64,000 nucleotides of DNA. It comes from Phoronis australis. Lineage: Eukaryota > Animalia > Phoronida. This document shows positions 1-11,400 of this stretch, one piece after another; positions within the stretch are counted from its first letter, which is position 1, and every line of letters begins with the position of its first letter. Below the pieces are notes generated by a model. The model made no database searches and was not told the origin of the DNA. It saw only the letters and a program-made list of their open reading frames with translations. The position numbers and the translations under genes are program-made. The stretch spans positions 195,886 to 259,885 of the forward strand of contig NMRA01000133.1 in NCBI GenBank assembly GCA_002633005.1. Reading direction: 5' to 3'.

Positions 1-2601
1 CTGGAAAAGCGCCCCCATCCCGCCGTAACCTAACTTTAAACAACACGGAAGTCATTTTTGAACAAAATTTCAACATACTGCCGGGGGTGTAAAACTTAGA
101 AAAAGGAAACTACAAAACCTACGTCGCTGCATCATTTTTAATCGAAAAAACTTCATGCCAGAACCAACTAATCAATCTTGGCCTGAAGCTGGCCTATTAA
201 TGGAATTGACCTGTAAACTAATGACACAATGTGCTTACTCTACACGAGTGAATAGTAAATGAAAATTATCATCCTAAAGTTGCCTCCTTCATGACTGTCG
301 AATGTGGAGTTTGTACAACACTGCATCACGCCTTTCATTTATGTTATGCGCATGCGTGAAGTGCTGCATGCGTAACAAGAAAAGCAACTGATATTTTGAT
401 GTCATGTTTTATATTGTTTAGTCCATCTTCACATCTACGTTTTTGCTTTCTGTTGTGTTAATTTAGATATTACACAAAATTTTGTAACAAAATAAGACTA
501 ATTACTTAGTCCTTCCAATTAAAAAATATTGTCCAAAAGCAACCAAAACGGACGCAGTAGTTTTTGTTGCGAACAGTAGGTCCCTTACAGAACAAAAATT
601 TTACTTATAATTAATTGACTTACATTAAAATAATGTTTTATTTCGCTGGTTGTTAACTTTGTCAAATAGATCGTAAGTATTTTTCAGTGTGGTGTGCACG
701 CCACCTGTTCGTCACATCACATTACCTAGATTTACATATTCGTATTCAAGATGTAAATATTTGAGCCAAATATTTGTTAACGGAACAAAAGTATATAATA
801 TTATATAAGATAAATCACTTACATTTGGGATAATATACTTATTGGATACAACTGCTATAGATTTTTAACCTATTAACGTATTAGCATATTTTGAGAATTT
901 TGTAGACTACGCCATTTGTCGACCTAATGCACTTTCGTGGTAGAAAAACAATAAAACTGTAGGAAAAATTATACAACAGAGTTGCGCTTTAAAACAGATT
1001 ATTTTCTATCATTTTCACAAGTTTCTCATCTGACCCCCCCTATTGGCAGTAATCGATAGTCACCGGAACTTAGCGTGTTATTGTATCGAGAATATTGGGA
1101 ATAATCGCTCAAAATTTCACTTAATGCAAAAGTATATAAATGATTACACCAAAAGCAAGTCACGTGATGGTTGCTATTCAAGTAAAATTTATCATGCACA
1201 ACAACAGTTCCCATTGCTCCAAATGAACGAGCTTGAATGGATTTATTCACCATCGTATGATTATTTCATAACGTGGTTATCACAAATAACGAGAATGTAA
1301 CGAGGTTTGTCATAAATTCAGGTCAGCACATGACTGTCGGGTAACACTTAAAAAAGTCGAAATAGAGAGCTAAAAATTCAGCGCAGAGCATAATTTCAGA
1401 CTGACTTAAACACATTGGACGATAGGGGGCGAAACAATCTTTATCAAAGCCATTTTAATACGATTCAGAAACAAATCCCTTCCGAGTATCATTCTGAAAA
1501 AATCCTCATTTATATCATTAACTATTTTAGGAAAACAACAACTTAACTAAGTTATAAATGATTTTTTTAATTTAAAACTTTGTTTGAGTTATAACGGCAG
1601 TTATTCAAGCTACGAAGCTCGACAACAACGTTTACGTGAACAGATCAAGACCGCCATACGTTTTGTCGAAGACTGAATCATTTCGCTGCCTTTTATTTCC
1701 TCACAAAAACTCCTCGTTGTATGAAATTATGATATTCAAATTTGCTTGAATGTAAACCAATTACCACTTTTTATTACCGAGTTGCAAATGAAAACAACAA
1801 CAAAAAACGGCTTAGATGCAAACTATAATTTCGAACGCGGAGTACCTTCAAGTGACAAACGTAAGGAAACATACCAAGATAGGTATTTCTTAAGACAAAA
1901 TTAGTGTCATAGACATTTTGATTTTTGACAGTAAGTATACCAGATATTCAGACTGTCTTCTTAATCAGCTCTGCTTGTGGTGCCCAGCACCCGGTTCCCA
2001 GTAAAGCGTCCGCAGTCAGTGTGCCCATCTATTGTGTAATGTGTGTTCACTTGGAAGGTGTAAAACGCGTCTATTGTATACGGATAAGAGTCAACTGTTT
2101 GTTTTAGTCACGTAGACAATGGAAGGGGGCGAGGTTTACCTATTGATTATTAACGTGCACAAACATTTAAATTCCAGACAAGAATGTCACTCAAGTTTTG
2201 CAAGGGTGGACAAAGGAAACCCTATAACTGACCACCACGGTATACCGCGTTTTGACTCCGGGTTTTGTCCAGCGAAAAATACCAGGACACAGGATAGCAG
2301 TTGCCTATTGTAGTACATAAAAATAGGCTACAACATTTCGTTAAAATGAAGTTGAAAAGTTACCATATGGTGTCATTTTATTACACCGAGTGCTTGTTTT
2401 TTAATCGAAAATATTATTTCTAAAAATATTTTTTCTATACAAATTTGCAAATTGCACCCTTGTTCAAAATTCATGAATTTTATACTGATCGTATTTCTTC
2501 GCTTAAGGCCGCATAATTTACTGGATATGTAATTTCCGACACTGTTTGCTCTTTACTACCACTGAATTTAAAAATCCCAATGTTTGCGTTGGGTAAACTT
2601 T

Positions 2602-2850
2602 ATGGCGGCCATTAACATGACGTCACGGGCACCTACCTGCAAATCGAAAGGAAATTATCAATACCACAGTTAAAATTACAATATATCAAGAACAGTGAGA
2701 TAATTTTACTTATGTGCAGAATCTTCATAATTACTATGAATTTTGAATAAATTGACTTGTTCATAAAAAAATTCGTGTATAATTAAAAACTGTAACTTCA
2801 ACGAGAGGAATCAACCAGTTCACCGACCTTTCGATTCTCGCTAGGTAAGT
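2602..2850 (+). promoter_or_regulatory. Candidate dachsous promoter / non-coding first exon
   Basis: YY1-like ATGGCGGCCAT at 2602-2612, perfect CRE TGACGTCA at 2618-2625, and a consensus donor AG|GTAAGT at 2845 upstream of the 3518 acceptor. TSS cannot be fixed from sequence. Confidence 0.4.
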
Positions 2851-3620
2851 CGCCGAACCAAATCTGAACGCTTGTGCTTGGAGATTAGGTGAGGACAGTC
2901 CGTCGTCCACGTTCGTTAAGATTCTTCTGCTTTTGAAGACGGATTTAATCCAAGATCAGAGTCTACATTGATCACATGCGAACTGGAGATGCGGCTGTTT
3001 TAAGGTGGTGTAAAATTAGTTTGAAGTCAAGTCAGTAAATGATTGTTTACAGTGGAAATTTGTGACTCCGTTTCCCTTGCTCAGTTGTTGAGCAAATGCC
3101 GGATTGAAACGAACATCGCTAGGTATTGTGTCAATACGTTGGGATTAGATTAGAAACTTGTACTATTTATGAAATGACCACCGTCAACGAATGGCGTAAT
3201 GTAGTGAATGTTTGTAGAAAATGTGTATTCGACTGTGTAAGATGCAAATGTTTTGTTTGTTCAAACATGGTTATAACTATAAAGTACCTAGGCTACTCCG
3301 TTGTGGTAGTTGAAACCATTAGGAAATTATGAGGTAGGCCTAAATTATTTCAGTCCTTTCTGTGTTTCACCTGTCAAGAATTTCTTTACTAGTATTTCAT
3401 ATTTTCAACATTTTTCAACATTACATTTCCTTTCTGATGTACCTGAATATTTTATTATTATTATTATGTTTTATACTATTTATCTGATTTTGTAATGAAT
3501 TTTTAAATATTTTTACAGGTAAACTACTGAAGCCTCCTTTTGGCACAGTGTTTTTACACTGAAGAGGAGTACAAATTCCACTTGAGAAAATGGAGTAACT
3601 GTGAACAGCACATTTTGAAT

Positions 3621-5492
3621 ATGGTTGCAACGGGGGCAAGTCCTGTTTCTGGGCTCTGCCTCAAAAACGGAACAATTAACAAGCGCAGAGGGACAATAGT
3701 GGGCTTTGAACACAAATATTGTCGAAGAAGGACTAGATTATTACAGCTAAATGGCTACCCGCCTTGGACTTTAGTAGTTGCTGTCTTGTTGTTTTGTGTC
3801 TATCCGTGCCACGGACAAACTACTAAGACAATAGCAATAGATGAAGGAATTACGGGCCCTGTAAAAATAGGAAGTCTGGAGAACTCACCCGGAAGGGTCG
3901 TAAAAATCAGTGAGGACACTGCATTCGCTTCGGATTTCAGTCTCAACGAAGAAACGGGCGACATTTCAGTTAAAAGCAATGTAGTTATTGACCGTGAAAG
4001 AACATCAGAATACAAAGTAACGGCGTATTCTAGTGAAACCTTCGTTGTTACTACCGTTACAATCACAGTCAATGATATTAATGACAATAGTCCTTATTTT
4101 AGTCAGCCGTACATTGAAAAGACCTTACCAGAAGATGCACCGGACGATACTATTATTTCATTGGGAACTGCGACGGATAACGACGCCGGAAATAATGGTG
4201 TCCAGAAGTTTGAGATCTTCTCTGGTAATGTCGGGGGTATCTGGCGCCTTCATTCCAAAGCAACTGGCGGTCGTTTATACGCGGAGTTGAAACTGAACAA
4301 CCAGCTAGATTATGAGGATCCGTCACTCCGCCATTTTCATTTAGTAATTCGGGCATTTGATGGTGGTAACCCACAACGTTTTGGCGATTTGATTGTCAAC
4401 ATAACTGTGTTGGACCAGAATGACAACACTCCCCTATTTTCTCATAGTCTTTATTCTGCGGAGGTATATGACAATGCCACCGTTGGACAGAGTATTATGC
4501 AGGTATCGGCTACAGATCAAGATGAGGGAGAAAATGCTCGAATAATTTATTCTATAGAGCCGAATCTTAATGACAATGCTGCCGATAAATTCTCCATCGA
4601 TTCTAGAGGCGTAATCACAGTGAACAGTGTCCTGGAGTACGATCCTGCCAAACCCACTATTCAGTTAACAGTGAAGGCTGCAAACCCTGCTAGTCGGGGA
4701 GAACAGTCGAGTTCATGTGTTGTACGCATTACTCTACTTCACGTGACCAACCGTCGAAAGCCTAATATTCATTTACTATGGTTAACTGAAGGAGGAGCTC
4801 CGAAGGTACCAGAGACTGCTCAGCCTGGAGAGTACGTGGCTCGTGTGTCCGTCAGCGACCCGGATGCCAATCAGGATTTGTCTCTTTCCATCGTGAACGT
4901 TACACTTAGTGGTGGAGACGGCCATTTTGGATTGACCAAATCTGGTGATTACATCTATATTATTGTTGTGAAAGTACCACCAGATCGTGAGACGCAGCCA
5001 GTTTTCACGCTGACGATAACGGCCACCGATTCTGGAACTCCTCCATTGATTGCGACCCAAGTAGTCAACATTGAGGTCGGCGATACCAACGACAATGCTC
5101 CTGTATTCTCACAACCCCTCTACAGAGGTTTCATCCAGGAGATCGTGTCACCTGGGGCGTCGGTCTTACAGGTAACAGCAACTGACAGAGATGCGGGAAA
5201 CAACTCGTTAATCTCGTACTCCATAGTCCCAACCCCGATTACCTATTCCCATTGGTTTCAAATTGACGAGCACACCGGGCTAATCACCACTGCAGCAAAG
5301 ATTGACTGCGAGACCGCTTCGCAGCCGCAACTTATCGTAAAGGCCACGGATAATGGCCGACCACCTCTCTCTGCAACTGCTTCGGTTCTTGTGGATATAA
5401 GAGATGTCAATGATAACCAACCCGTGTTTGATCAAAGTTTCTACAACATCTCTGTGCCAGAGAACAAGCCGATCAACTCTTGCTTTCTGAGG
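3621..5492 (+). CDS. ds: dachsous coding exon 1 (signal peptide + cadherin repeats 1-5 and start of 6)
   Basis: Acceptor ttttacAG at 3517-3518. First in-frame ATG is 3621 (aatATGg); the ORF-track start at 3540 is TTG. Hydrophobic WTLVVAVLLFCVYPCHG signal. Donor AGG|gtaagc at 5493, phase 0. Confidence 0.92.
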
Positions 5493-8400
5493 GTAAGCAA
5501 TTTAGTCTTAGTTAGATATTTTGCAAGCTGAATGAAACAATCGTCAGGTGCATGGCATGTATGTGATGGTATGGTGTGTTTAGTGTGCTTAACAGTTTCT
5601 GGTGCCAAGAAAACTTGACTCAATTATATGTGTTAATACTGTCTGTATGGCCCCACTAGACTACATTGCCTGTAATTATGCAATTTCGGTATCAAGTTGT
5701 CTACCCAGTGATTGTTAGGTCAATAATTTATCAACTGAAACATTTTTATTCATCTGCTCTAGTCAGTAGTGCAAACTACCCTAGTATTTTTCACGTCAGT
5801 AAGTTTTTATGTGATTTACTGATAGGAAATGAAAGGAATTGACACCTAGTTATTGAGAAGTTTGTGTAATATATAGATAAAACATGGTTGCCGATTTCAA
5901 AACTGAATAGTTATAAAAGGGAAATTTTGTTGAAGATTGATAATTGCTTGTTGTCTACAGATGAGAACTTTGACAGATTTGGGATGTCTATAGGAAGTAG
6001 CCTATTTGTATTATCATTATGGAGTGTTTTCAGTCCTCAATGAGCTAGTGGCCTGCTTCATTGGTCAGTTGCTGGACACTTAAGTGGCTGCTCAGTGGGT
6101 GACTCCAGCCTCTGTTTTGCTTCTAGTCTCACACCATGGTAGACAGTTCCACAGATCTTTGAATTAATTATAGCATGGTAACATCAAATAAATATGAGAT
6201 TTTTTTGTGTTCTTTATAATAATTTTTGTCTGCAACAACCTACAGAGTGGTTGCATTTTTTTCACAATTTTTGATACAAATTATTTGTGATTTTGACTCG
6301 GCTTTAAAACCATTTTACCACCTGATGCTATGGTGTTCTGCTGAGGAGGTTTCCATGAAATAATGATCAAAATTTTATTTCTTTTAAATAAAATGGTCAA
6401 AAGGAATATGGGGCTACCAACTCACAAGTAGTAAAATATTTCTTGTAAATAAAAGGTATCTTGAATGGAATTTATAGGCCTACTTTGACTGCAACATTAA
6501 AATTTTAATATCCTGCATGACTGGGTTACCTTGTTGGCCCCAGGGGTATTCCTCAACAGATTGCTGTTCACTGAAGGGAATAGAATGGTCCCATTCAGTT
6601 GGTCATTTGAACTGCTTTGTCAACTTGCCTTATCTGATGGTCACTCTATGGTCATGTGTGGTGTCCAGTGTTCTGGTGAAAAAATCATTTTGTTGATCTA
6701 TAACATTGAGACCTGTAATCAAGGGATTTTAACAACAGTCTTGATTTGTTTTGATGGAGTTGTCTAAACATTTAATGTGCAATTAACCAGATCGCATTTG
6801 TGAAGTCCCAAATTTGTGAAATGATACCAGCCTATTTTATTCCTTAACTCATAGATATATGCTGTAGCATTGGGGGCAACAAGGAGAATGGAAATGGGTT
6901 TCACGTGAGAAAGTTGGTTGAATGTCAAATGATTGACAAAAAATTGCACCAATGGTTACTAGGCCAAATGTTGGTCAATAATTTACTTTCAAGTTTGTTG
7001 TACTTAACTAATCAATATTCACAGATACTATATAGAATACTCTTCATGATCACTTTCGATTTATATTTATAGATCGTTGTATATTGAATACTACTACTGA
7101 TAATTTGTAAAGTCTAGATCTGAGGCGTTCAACCTCAGACCAGTCTTTCCATGTTTATTTTTTGGTCAATAAATGTATTAAAAATTTTTTTAATGCTTTA
7201 TCTAATACGAAATTATTTGATGATTTTTGGAGATTTATTATTGCCTAAAAGTAGGTATAATTCTGGCAGCCAAGTAGCGCGAGATAATTACAGGGTAGTC
7301 AAATAACAGTCAGCATCGTTCTTCATCATTGAGAAAGATTATTAATCTGCCCCTTTGCTGTGTTAATGGATTCAAATGTTTTTAAAAAATAATGAAGTTC
7401 AATTTTTTGTTGGAAAATTTGATTCTGTTTCAAAACCTTACAGGGATATTTCAAGTAATTATTCTACTACTTTGAATTTTACTTTTTGTCTGCTTAAACA
7501 TTGGCTTGAAGGTGCCCCGGTGGTATTTAAACATTTTCTCACCAATTGTCGCTGTCAATCGTGATTTAGTAACAAATGGTAAGTGACTGCTGAAGTTCCA
7601 AACTCGGATTGAAAAATGTACCATTGTTACCTTGATTTCGACCTTCAAGTGGTACGGTATTGTTTTTATGACAAAGGAAAACTGAAATAGATCGTTTCTT
7701 TTTTGTCCTCGTTAACTCCGTTCGGTTTGCGTTATCTGAAAAATTTTGTGTTCCGAGTCTTTGGAGATAGTAATAATGCCACTTCACACATTGGTGTCAT
7801 AAGTTTTAAAGATATGAATATATTTTGAAAAGATAATGAATTATTTTAATAGTTTTAATGTCCTTGTTCTTATCTTCACTTCAATCTGATGGAGGCATTC
7901 AAACTTGTTGTTTCTGTGTGGCACAAGGACCATTGAGTGAACTCTCTCAACCTTTTCCCCTTTACTGAAGAAAACCTATGTCAGTTCCACTGGTCTGTGA
8001 ACTAGCTTTGAATGTCTGTTAGCAGTTCTTTCATCTCTCACAAATGGCCAAATAAAAGCTGGGTTTTGAATCAACAGTTATGAATTCTCACCAAGTTTCT
8101 GTGTGGTTTAACTCCATACCAGTTGTATTGCGGACAAAGGCCCCCTGCACTATGCAAATATATTTCACCAAGATTCTTTGAGTCTTCTACTAAAGCCATA
8201 CAACCCGCTTTTGTGTTGCTTTTTCAAATTGTTCCCAATGAACACAAGTGGAATTCTGTGTACTGGCCCTACTTGTGTAGCAGGAGTGAACTTTGACAGA
8301 AATCTGTCAAGTTTGTCTGACTCATAATTTGACCCCAAACATAAAGTTTATGTGCCTTGGAAATAAAGCATTTTTATTTATGTTTAACATATTGAGAACT

Positions 8401-11400
8401 GTATTCTAAAAGAATTGATTGTCACTTTTGAGTTTCTACAATTTATGCGTGAACGCAATTGTGATTTTAAATGTGAAGGCCTTAGGGGCGTAAAGCGGTT
8501 TTGAATATTTATGAAAATTTGTAAAAGTCTGTATTCTGTCGATATATTACTTTTGTAGTTATTTTTTGTGTGGGAATTTTCATCTAAGTAATTGAGTGAA
8601 ATTTAATAGTCTGGTTTTGGAATTATTTGATCAAAAATTTTTGACAGCACAAAAAATCGTTCATAAGATTATTTAAATTCTTAGACTTGTGTTAAGTAAA
8701 TAGTAATGAAACATACAAGGTCTGTTTCTGCATTTGCATATTGTGGAAAAAATTTCGAACTTTCTTGAAATACTCCGGCTACAATGGGGCCACATTAGGT
8801 GAGTAGCAACGGTTACTTATTACCCAACACTCCAATAGACCGCCTCCTCAAAAGTGGCGATTTTTTGTCGCCAGCCCGACAGTGCTATTCACCACCGCTC
8901 TTTCAAAATCACAGCAAGCCATCAGCTGATGACGGAACGTACAATTAAGGTGACAAATTATACCCTAAATTGCCATCATCACCAACCAAACTTCACTGTT
9001 GTGTTAATCTCAGATATGAATTAGGAGCAGAGTTTCGGTCCCTTATAGAATACATAATTTTGCAGTCTACCATTTGAATGGTTGCATGTCACAAATGAAA
9101 TCTGCCCCTCAAGGTAAATGCTGTTTCGACAGTGGAGAAAGCCTGTGCAGTTGTTATAATATGTTATTTTTCTTTGCCTTTTCTGTGCGTCACGTTCTCT
9201 GTGGGTCGTCACGTTCTGTATGGGTCGGCTGTTTTCGTCAACCGTTGTAGTAATGTCTTCTTAACGTTGGCACAAAAGCGCCACCTCACCATGAGAATTA
9301 ATTAGTTTGTAGAACCACAGTCATCTGTAAAGGTAGCTAAAGGAAATTTTATTTAAGAATTTCATTTTATTTATTGTCATTTTATTTATTGAGACTTTTA
9401 AAGGGCCTTTCATACTTACGTCGAAGCGTCGATGGTTTGAGGACTTGTGGTCAGTATGAACGCTTAACTCCAGTCCTGGATCGCAGTTAACAGCTCCAGT
9501 TAACATCGCAGTTAACAGGTGGATTTAATAGCGTAGCGTCACCGCTGCGGTGCAGTATGAACGCTTAACTTCGGTCCAATCGAAGTTATCGCCAGGTGCC
9601 ACTGTTATCGTCAACAGTTACAAGGTAGTGCCGTCACTAATAGCTGCTTATATTTTGCTCTAATAATAACCAATTGATTTGAAAATAAGTTTAATGTCAC
9701 TTAGCACATGTAAATGTTTCCAATTTGAAACGTTTAAAAAATCTTAGCGTGCAACGCTACCTAGCGATAACTTCGATGATGACAGCGGCACCAACCGCTT
9801 ACTTCGATGTTCATTAACTACCTAAGCCAGTATGAACGGTCCAGTTAACTGCGTTGTTTACATCGACGCTCCGCTCAGACCGGAGTTGGTCAATATGAAA
9901 GCGCCTTAAAACTAGTTACAGTTTATGTAAATTAATTTTCCTTCACACCAAAGTGAATGTGGGATCACAAAGGTCAGCCCATTTACATTCTGTTAAGAAA
10001 TTTTCTCACACAAACCTGATGTGCTATCAATATATACGATACACTTATATACAATTAAACTTTCACGCTTATTGGAGTTTAGTCAAATTTAATACAAAAA
10101 GTAAAAGTTTTATTAAGTACACAATGCATTTAACATAAGTTTTAAATGATTTTGAGCTGATATAGTGTCAACATTGTTACAAATAGATAGTCATCGCTGA
10201 CTTCTGTATGACCTGTTTGGTCTCAAATCACAACTGTGCCTATTTTTGTGAACACAACAATGCTAATGTCTTGGCAAAATTGTCTCTTTTCATAATTGAT
10301 ATCAAAGCCAATGCATGCACCTGTCGCCAAAGTCTCAAAAGTTCAAGTCTGTTGCTCAGCAGGAATTTTAATTTTTTGGAATTTGTCATTCTCAATCAAA
10401 AATCATTTAGCTCAAGGGGTTATTGTATGAATATTGCAGTGGTATTAGGTGGATAATTTCTCCTATTCAGTCAAAAAACAGAGATTTGATACTTTTGTGT
10501 CTCAAATGAGTGGTTTTGCACATCAATTGGTCACAGTTGAAAAAATTGAAATTGAGCCTGAGGGCATAGCTGTGGCCTGGCCAAAGCAGTGATATTGTGC
10601 CTAAGATGGAAGCCTTATTCATCTATATAATATTATTGATCTGGCAGTTGGGCTGCTTCACATCCTTGGCAGGTGACCTGGTTAGAGAATGCGACCCTCC
10701 TGTGCCTTGGTCTCCTAGGCAAACCTGGAACCTTCAAAACTTTGCCGGAAATAAAACTTCTTTTTTTAAGGTGTAGTCTGTGGGCATTCACTTTAGTTGT
10801 GTTTACACCGATTACAAATACGTGATACTGTCTTAAACATTCCTTGATGACTAAATGGAGTCACTACTGTTGTAAAATAATCATAAATCGATTGCACTTC
10901 CGTACTGTAATAGGGTCATTGTTCCATTTCTCTCATGGGCTATTTTGCTGAGGTCACTAAGTGCTCGTGTTCTTATTAATGCTCTTGTGTAATAACCCCA
11001 AGTTAATTACAGTAACTGGTGTTATCACTACTTTGGCATCAGTATCTCCTAAGGCTTCTTTTAGTGGTAATAAACTGGGTATGGCTATTCTCCACTAAAA
11101 CCTTATTTTCCCATTTTGAAACGCTGTTTACCATAGTGCAAAAAATGGGAGCTTCACCAAATGTAGTTTTATGTCATCCTCTGAGTGAATACCAAGATTA
11201 TGATACACTAAATCTCCCCGGTTGGGGAAAAAATTGCCGTTTTTCAAGGGTTTCTTCCAGTGTTGTCACTGCCTGTAAATGTTCAAAACATTGTACTAAA
11301 CTTGAACCAGAAAAATCATAAATTTTCGTACTGTACAATTGGTGAAATAAAATTCCTGGTGTCATTCATATTGTGTCCTAAATTACCACAAAAATATTGA

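Noticed and set aside
1-2600. Possible gene or transposon upstream of ds
   Set aside because: Only short ORFs without homology signal and no TIR/TSD pair I could verify.
3540-3620. ORF-track N-terminal extension MAQCFYTEEE...
   Set aside because: Begins at TTG; in a eukaryote the first in-frame ATG is 3621.
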